64,000 nucleotides of DNA from Woeseiaceae bacterium. Its GTDB lineage: Bacteria > Pseudomonadota > Gammaproteobacteria > Steroidobacterales > Woeseiaceae. The stretch lies in assembly GCA_021773155.1 (NCBI GenBank), contig JAJFKQ010000027.1, positions 8,820-72,819 of the forward strand. The letters run 5' to 3'. The number at the start of each line of letters is the position of its first letter. The first letter of the stretch is position 1. This document shows, piece after piece, positions 57,951 through 64,000 of this stretch. Position numbers and translations under genes: made by a program. The notes under the pieces were generated by a model that ran no database searches, was not told the origin of the DNA, and saw only the letters and a program-made list of their open reading frames with translations.

Positions 57951-58923
57951 CGCTGAAAGTTACCTGTCGCGAAAATGTCTCCCAATCGATATTGCTGCCA
58001 CACATCAGCAAAACAACCCGTTTACCTCGCAATGATTCTCGCAAGGGTCCAAGAAGTGCTGCCGTCGTTGCCGCACACGCTGGTTCCACAGCAATGTTCA
58101 TCGACTGAAACAGAAACCCCATTGTCTTGCTTATTTGTTGGTCATCAATCATCGCAAGTCGGTCTACATTTTTTCGTGTCAATTCGAACGAGTAAGGCAT
58201 CGCAAATGGCGCTCCCAGACTATCTGCAATCGTTGTGACTTTCGCAATACTCTCAGGTTCACCACTGGCAAAACTGCGATGCATGGAATCCGCGCCTTCG
58301 GGCTCGACGCCGATTATTTCCACGTCAGGGCACAGTTGTTTCACAGCGTTTGATATGCCGCCGATCAGTCCACCACCGCCAACTGGAATTACTAACGCAT
58401 CGATTCTCTCAATCTGTTCACAAATTTCGAGACCGACTGTTCCCGTACCGAGAGCGACGGACCGGCCCTCAAAAGGGTGCACAAAGAAGCGGCCCTCCTC
58501 ATCCCGAATTCTTTGCGCAACTTCGAAAGCCTGATGGACGTCGTCGGCCACCACAACCTCGGCACCGTAGCTTTCGCATGCGGCGACTCGTGAAGGGTTT
58601 GCAGTTCGGATCATGACGACCTTGGCCGTCGTTCCAAGTGCTTGCGCCGCAAATGCCGTCGCGATTGCGTGATTGCCCGCACTGACTGCCGTCACACCTT
58701 TCTCAAGCTCTTTGTTCGTCAGCCCATGCAAGGTCGCTAGCGCACCACGCGCTTTGAACGTCCCGGTTCGCTGCAGGAATTCAAGCTTGGCGTATACCTC
58801 TGTGGCGTCGCCCAGTTCATTCTCTATGGCCGGACAACGCATAACGGGGGTCCGCAGCGCTTGCTCAGTCAGTCGAGCGCGCAAAGCGCGAATCTCTTCA
58901 ATATTCGGTCCAGATTCAGTCAT
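57940..58923 (-). CDS. PLP-dependent threonine/serine dehydratase family protein
   Basis: EFLQRTGTFKARGA PLP-Lys motif and GGGGLIGG glycine loop. No ACT regulatory domain, so catabolic/racemase-like. 11-nt overlap with the downstream oxidase gene. Confidence 0.75.
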   Translation of the reverse strand: MTESGPNIEEIRALRARLTEQALRTPVMRCPAIENELGDATEVYAKLEFLQRTGTFKARGALATLHGLTNKELEKGVTAVSAGNHAIATAFAAQALGTTAKVVMIRTANPSRVAACESYGAEVVVADDVHQAFEVAQRIRDEEGRFFVHPFEGRSVALGTGTVGLEICEQIERIDALVIPVGGGGLIGGISNAVKQLCPDVEIIGVEPEGADSMHRSFASGEPESIAKVTTIADSLGAPFAMPYSFELTRKNVDRLAMIDDQQISKTMGFLFQSMNIAVEPACAATTAALLGPLRESLRGKRVVLLMCGSNIDWETFSRQVTFSDAD

Positions 58924-59029
58924 TTATTATGTAAAATGCACTATCGCGTATTGACTTGCGTTGTTCACAAGTGTTGATTGATTAATTAAAGCGAACTGTG
59001 GCAGAGAATCCACCTTCGCGAAAGTCGCA

Positions 59030-60280
59030 GTGGGCCAAAATATGGAACTTGATGATCTGTCGAAATCCGGCATCCGTCGAATAGTCGACTATTCGCCGTA
59101 CCTGGACCAGTTCGCCGGCCTCGTGCAACAAATGGGGCTGCGGCAACGCAGCAACCTGAGTCACGTTGAGACCGCCTTGCGCAGCCATTGGTCGCTTGGC
59201 CAAAACAGCATCCTGAGCTGGACGCCATTGGACCAGAGCATACTGATACTGGTTGTTCCCCACTACGCAATCGCAGAATACACATCGGCGCAGGATGGCA
59301 CCATGCCACCGCGCGTCTCATCGCGATTTATCACCGGATTAATAACCGGCGATCGCCAGCTCACGATTTCACAGATGCAAAAGGTCGCGCGGCTACTCGA
59401 CATAGAACCCACCAATATCCCGTTGCGCACGCCTCTTGAGGGCAACGAGATTGAAACAACTATTATTGAGAAGATGATTCGCAAGTACGGCATCAATTAC
59501 GTGCCGAGTCGTGCCGTGACATTGTTCGATATCGTTGGCTTTAGCCTCCTGACACCTTTTGAGCAAATGACGCAGTTAAACAGTCTTTCGTATTCGCTCA
59601 ATTCAGCACACGCCAAAATGCTCGAGGCAGACGTCAATATTGATTTCGCTCGTTCATCAAGTGGCGACGGATTCTACATCTGGAATCGGGATGAGGGACT
59701 CGAGGCCAGCGTGAATATCTATCACTTCATGCATATCGTTCTGGCTGATAACGCAATAGCAAGAAGCAAGTCCGCGTCGAAAGCCGTGCCACGGCTTCGA
59801 GCATGTTTTCATGTCGGCAGCTGCTACGAATTCCACCAGGCCGAAGGCCTGAATCCGACAACACACGATTTTATTGTCGGAGATGTAACTATTGAACTTG
59901 CCCGCATGATCGATGCTGCGCTCCCCGGCCAGATTCTGGTAGGAGACTTCATGGCCGATATCGAAATCGAAAACGATAAAGGTGAAGTTGCGGTGCAACC
60001 CAACGTCGATGCAGTGACATTCATGCAACGTGCACAGGGTAATCTTTCGCGACTAAGTGGTATGGAACTGTCGGGCGAACGCGTCACCGCGATCAAATGC
60101 TATTTGACCGGCGAAAACATGGGCGGCGGGCAATTCAATATTCGGCGTCTGACGATCAAGGATAAACACGGCCTGTCGCGAGTCGCATTCAATGCGAAAG
60201 TAAACATATACAGGGAAACGGCGAAACCAATTCTTCTCGGCATCCAGGACAAGAAATTGCCGGAACCGACCGCCGCCTGA
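59030..60280 (+). CDS. hypothetical protein with HTH-like segment and divergent class III nucleotidyl-cyclase-like domain
   Basis: AVTLFDIVGFSLL, SSGDGFYIW and FIVGDVTIELARMIDAALPGQILVGD align by eye to the class III cyclase blocks (LFaDIVGFT, IGDG/A, GDtVNlAaRme..a.pG.IlVs). ITGDRQLTISQMQKVARLLDIEP resembles the C-terminal half of an XRE-type HTH. Start uncertain (GTG 59030, ATG 59042 or ATG 59303). Confidence 0.5.
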   Translation: MGQNMELDDLSKSGIRRIVDYSPYLDQFAGLVQQMGLRQRSNLSHVETALRSHWSLGQNSILSWTPLDQSILILVVPHYAIAEYTSAQDGTMPPRVSSRFITGLITGDRQLTISQMQKVARLLDIEPTNIPLRTPLEGNEIETTIIEKMIRKYGINYVPSRAVTLFDIVGFSLLTPFEQMTQLNSLSYSLNSAHAKMLEADVNIDFARSSSGDGFYIWNRDEGLEASVNIYHFMHIVLADNAIARSKSASKAVPRLRACFHVGSCYEFHQAEGLNPTTHDFIVGDVTIELARMIDAALPGQILVGDFMADIEIENDKGEVAVQPNVDAVTFMQRAQGNLSRLSGMELSGERVTAIKCYLTGENMGGGQFNIRRLTIKDKHGLSRVAFNAKVNIYRETAKPILLGIQDKKLPEPTAA

Positions 60281-60301
60281 TCAGCCGCGGCCCGAACAAA
60301 T

Positions 60302-60341
60302 AAAAAGGGGTCAGAGCCCTTTGAGCTCTGACCCCTTTTTT
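60302..60341. terminator. bidirectional intrinsic terminator
   Basis: AAAAA-ggggtcagagc-cctttga-gctctgacccc-TTTTTT: an 11-bp perfect stem flanked by A5 and T6. It sits between the cyclase-like gene (+) and tRNA-Pro (-). Confidence 0.75.
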
Positions 60342-60345
60342 AAAT

Positions 60346-60422
60346 TGGTCGGGGCGAGAAGATTCGAACTTCCGACCCCCACAACCCCATTGTGGTGCGC
60401 TACCAGGCTGCGCTACGCCCCG
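60346..60422 (-). tRNA. tRNA-Pro (anticodon GGG)
   Basis: 77-nt cloverleaf: acceptor CGGGGCG/CGCCCCG, D-arm GCGC-AGCCTGGTA-GCGC, anticodon arm CCACA-AT GGG GT-TGTGG, T-arm GGAAG-TTCGAAT-CTTCT, and an encoded CCA. Confidence 0.95.
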
Positions 60423-60491
60423 ACCGTGCTCTGTTTAATACCAGAGGGCGGCAATCATACTTGCCGCGAGTAATCTTGGGAAGATAAGAAT

Positions 60492-60848
60492 TTAGCGACG
60501 CAGAATCTTGAGGACTTGTTCAAGTTCCATACGTATCTGTTTGATTATCTGCTGACTTTGCGTCACATCTGACTTGGCTTCATCGCCTGTGAGGCGTTGA
60601 CGGGCTCCGCCGATAGTGAATCCCTCCTCATAAAGGAGACTTCTGATCTGTCGAATGATCAAAACGTCCTGACGCTGATAATAGCGGCGGTTGCCCCGCC
60701 GTTTAACAGGTTTTAGTTGTGGGAACTCTTGCTCCCAATACCTGAGTACGTGCGGCTTAACAGCGCAGAGATCGCTCACCTCACCTATCGTAAAGTAGCG
60801 CTTACCAGGTATTGTAGGAAGTTCGTCGTTATTCCCCGGTTCCAGCAT
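60492..60848 (-). CDS. MerR-family transcriptional regulator
   Basis: [28 protein letters not shown]; conserved position after ihfA. Confidence 0.8.
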   Translation of the reverse strand: MLEPGNNDELPTIPGKRYFTIGEVSDLCAVKPHVLRYWEQEFPQLKPVKRRGNRRYYQRQDVLIIRQIRSLLYEEGFTIGGARQRLTGDEAKSDVTQSQQIIKQIRMELEQVLKILRR

Positions 60849-61128
60849 ATGCTTCCACTCGGGCCTTTAGTTTTTGTCCTGGTCGGAAGGTCACAACGCG
60901 ACGAGCGCTAATTGGAATTTCCTGTCCGGTCTTCGGGTTTCTTCCAGGCCGTTCTTTTTTATCCCGCAGGTCAAAGTTTCCAAATCCGGAAAGTTTGACC
61001 TGTTCCCCAACTGCGAGTGATGCACGCAGCTCCTCATAAAACATATCGACTAATTCGCGGGCTTCTCTTTTGTTCAAACCTAGCTCATTAAACAACGACT
61101 CGGCCATGTCTGCTTTTGTCAGTGCCAT
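60829..61128 (-). CDS. ihfA: integration host factor alpha subunit
   Basis: [10 protein letters not shown]...[41 protein letters not shown], canonical IHF-alpha. Confidence 0.9.
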   Translation of the reverse strand: MALTKADMAESLFNELGLNKREARELVDMFYEELRASLAVGEQVKLSGFGNFDLRDKKERPGRNPKTGQEIPISARRVVTFRPGQKLKARVEAYAGTGE

Positions 61129-61133
61129 CAGGT

Positions 61134-63512
61134 TTAGTCTCTTAGAACTGCCGCGAATTGATCTTGTAATTTCTTGACTGCTGCGGCCATTGCAAGGTCC
61201 GCATCATCGTCAGTAAGGGTGCGCGATGTTTCCTGTAAAATCAAGCCTATTGCGACGCTTTTTCGCCCTGCTTCTATCCCTGCGCCCTTGTAAATGTCAA
61301 AAATCCTGACACCTTGAATCAGTTCCGGTGACGTCGCCGCGACGGCATTAACAAGTTCGTCGGCAGAAACTTCGTCGTCAACGATGACCGCGATGTCGCG
61401 ACGAATTGCCGGAAACTTTGATATCGAAGCAGCAACCGGGGCATTTGTCGCGAGCGTTTTGGCCGCATCAAGTTCGAATAGAAATGCTGCTCGCTTTAAG
61501 TCGTAGTTCTTCGCAAGTTTGGGATGAAGCTTGCCGATCACGCCGATCACTTCATCATTACGAACGATCTCTGCTGTCTGCCCTGGCTGCAACGCAGGAT
61601 GTTCCGCGGCTACAAAACGACAATCGCCGACATCGTTTGCCAGTGACAGTAAAGCCTCAACATCCGATTTTACATCAAAGAAATCAACAGCTTCCGTCGG
61701 AATACCCCATTGCTCAGGTCGTGCCGGGCCGCAGGCAAGTCCTGCGATACGGACGACCTCAGTGTGCTCACCAAGCTTGCCGTGGAACGACTTGCTGTTT
61801 TCAAACAAACGAATTCTATCCTGTTGCCGAGCGTTGTTTGCAGCAGCGGCAGCGACCAGACCGGGCCATAACGAAGCCCGCATCACTGACATTTCCGACG
61901 AAATCGGATTGCTCAATACGAGTTCTGATTCGGAGCCGGTGAACGCCGTGTTGGCAGCCGTATCGATGAAGCTGTAGGTCACAACCTCCTGATAATCGCG
62001 AGCGATCAAAGTCGCCGCAGCCAGTTCATTGTCCACTTTCGACTCAGTCACCGTTTCGAGCGGTGCCTGAGAAAATGCTGTCGTCTCAGGAATCGAATCG
62101 TAACCATGAATGCGTGCGACTTCCTCGATGAGGTCGGCCTCAATTGCGATATCGAATCGGTGGCTGGGGGCGGTGACGATCCAGCCGCCCTCCGTCGCCT
62201 CCACTTTCATCGTCAATCTCGTCAGGATTTGTTCGACTTCCTCGTCATCAACTTTAAGACCCAGGAGTCGTGTCAGACGATCTTTTCGTAGCGAAATATT
62301 GGCACGAACCGGAAGGTGTTCGTTGGCAGTTTCGTCGACCAATGGACCTGCATCACCACCAGCAATCTTGAGCAATAATTGTGTTGCTCGTTCGATTGCC
62401 CTGGCCTGTCCAGCCGGATCGACACCTCGTTCGAAACGCATCGAAGCATCCGTGTGCATGCCGTAAGCGCGAGCACGGCCTGCCATGAAACCTTGCGGCC
62501 AATATGCGGCCTCGAAGAAGACATCGGTCGTCTTGTCAGTAACCGCGGTACTCAGACCACCCATGATGCCTGCAATACCAATTGGACCACTGTCATCGGT
62601 GATAATTAATGTGTCGTCATTTAGTTCGACGTCTTTCTCATCCAGTAACGTCACTTTTTCGCCGGACTTGGCCAGTCGTGGCTTGATTGGGCCCTGCAAA
62701 AGGCCGAGATCGTAAGCGTGCAAGGGTTGTCCAAGCTCCAGCATGACGAAATTGGTGATATCAACAACAGGCGATATCGCCCGCAAGCCAGCGCGTCGCA
62801 AACGCTCCGTCATCCAGATAGGGGACTCGGCACTTACATTGATACCGCGAATTACACGCCCGGCAAATCTCGGACAACCGGCTGGCTCAACCAACGCAAC
62901 CGGATGAGTATCCTTTATCGTGGCGGCAACCGCTGCAACAGAAGTTTCTTTGAGCTCCGCCCCGGTCAACGCGGAGACATCGCGAGCAATACCGAGCACG
63001 CTGAAACAGTCACCACGATTCGGCGTCAGATCCAGGTCGATAATCGCGTCGGGAAGCTCAAGGAAATCAACGAGCGACGATCCAATTTCCGCATCCTGCG
63101 GCAATGACATGATGCCATCCGATTCGTCGCCAAGCGCCAGCTCAATCGCCGAGCAAAGCATGCCATTCGAAACGACGCCGCGGATTTTCGCCTTGCGTAG
63201 CTTCATACCATTTGGCAATGTTACGCCGGGTTTGGCAAACGGCGTTTTCATCCCCCGCACAACGTTGGGCGCGCCGCAAACGACATCGACAAGTTCGCCG
63301 CTGCCGTCATTTACCTTGCACAAGCTGAGCTTGTCGGCGTCCGGGTGCCTGGTTACCTCTGCGACTTCAGCGATGACAATGTCGGCAATGCCCGAACCTT
63401 CATATTCGATGCCATCAACTTCGTGACCTAGCATCGTTAGCTGATGGCTTAGCGCCTCAGTATCGAGATCGGGATTCACCCATTCACGCAACCAGGATTC
63501 TGTAATCTTCAT
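61134..63512 (-). CDS. pheT: phenylalanine-tRNA ligase beta subunit
   Basis: 792 aa with [13 protein letters not shown]-terminus, tRNA-binding, B3/4 and B5 domains; pheS-pheT-ihfA synteny. Confidence 0.95.
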   Translation of the reverse strand: MKITESWLREWVNPDLDTEALSHQLTMLGHEVDGIEYEGSGIADIVIAEVAEVTRHPDADKLSLCKVNDGSGELVDVVCGAPNVVRGMKTPFAKPGVTLPNGMKLRKAKIRGVVSNGMLCSAIELALGDESDGIMSLPQDAEIGSSLVDFLELPDAIIDLDLTPNRGDCFSVLGIARDVSALTGAELKETSVAAVAATIKDTHPVALVEPAGCPRFAGRVIRGINVSAESPIWMTERLRRAGLRAISPVVDITNFVMLELGQPLHAYDLGLLQGPIKPRLAKSGEKVTLLDEKDVELNDDTLIITDDSGPIGIAGIMGGLSTAVTDKTTDVFFEAAYWPQGFMAGRARAYGMHTDASMRFERGVDPAGQARAIERATQLLLKIAGGDAGPLVDETANEHLPVRANISLRKDRLTRLLGLKVDDEEVEQILTRLTMKVEATEGGWIVTAPSHRFDIAIEADLIEEVARIHGYDSIPETTAFSQAPLETVTESKVDNELAAATLIARDYQEVVTYSFIDTAANTAFTGSESELVLSNPISSEMSVMRASLWPGLVAAAAANNARQQDRIRLFENSKSFHGKLGEHTEVVRIAGLACGPARPEQWGIPTEAVDFFDVKSDVEALLSLANDVGDCRFVAAEHPALQPGQTAEIVRNDEVIGVIGKLHPKLAKNYDLKRAAFLFELDAAKTLATNAPVAASISKFPAIRRDIAVIVDDEVSADELVNAVAATSPELIQGVRIFDIYKGAGIEAGRKSVAIGLILQETSRTLTDDDADLAMAAAVKKLQDQFAAVLRD

Positions 63513-63517
63513 CGTGA

Positions 63518-64000
<483 letters not shown>

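Noticed and set aside
57499-58035. 178-aa plus-strand ORF
   Set aside because: It is antisense to the FAD oxidase and dehydratase genes, with a low-complexity Ala/Ser/Pro-rich translation.
59030-60422. Pycsar/CBASS-like anti-phage system or tRNA-Pro-integrated genomic island
   Set aside because: The cyclase-like gene has no adjacent effector (no TIR, TM or cNMP-binding effector gene). There is no integrase, and I found no direct repeat of the tRNA-Pro 3' end near 58924-59030. Only a single orphan gene can be supported.

Overview
This 64-kb window looks like core chromosome of a Gammaproteobacterium, densely packed with recognisable housekeeping operons. The fabD-fabG-acpP-fabF...tmk-holB-pilZ synteny is Pseudomonas/Xanthomonas-like. 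Left to right:
- a cNMP-binding/rhodanese protein (5' partial)
- the minus-strand block pilZ-holB-tmk-mltG-pabC-pabB-fabF-acpP-fabG-fabD, headed by a rhombosortase-like rhomboid protease
- a divergent type II secretion operon, gspGHIJKLMN only
- an AddAB-type helicase-nuclease pair
- alaA-like aminotransferase, CoA-transferase, a lipoprotein, sseA and etfBA
- peroxiredoxin and a 2Fe-2S ferredoxin
- a seven-gene TonB2-type cluster (DUF3450-like, large MotA/ExbB, exbB, two exbD, tonB, TPR protein)
- ilvC-leuACDB behind a Leu-rich leader and attenuator
- a SAM-I riboswitch-controlled trans-sulfuration gene
- a TrpR-family (YerC-like) gene leading hisGDCBHAFE
- a fused aspartokinase/DAP-decarboxylase, then ilvD
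- a Hanks kinase with Calx-beta ectodomain, an FAD oxidase and a threonine-dehydratase-like gene
- an orphan HTH/class-III-cyclase-like gene, tRNA-Pro(GGG), merR-ihfA-pheT-pheS

I saw no CRISPR array, integrase, transposase or obvious multi-gene defence island, and I cannot support a new multi-gene system here. The observations most worth a second look are small-scale:
- a perfectly palindromic MITE-like element inserted in the loop of a terminator
- an unclassified roughly 200-nt terminator-containing leader before the lysAC fusion gene
- a TrpR-like regulator with a trp-operator-like palindrome at the head of the his operon
- an apparent ATT start codon for hisF
- the divergent cyclase-like orphan next to tRNA-Pro

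All calls rest on reading motifs by eye from the translations and sequence. No database search was run.
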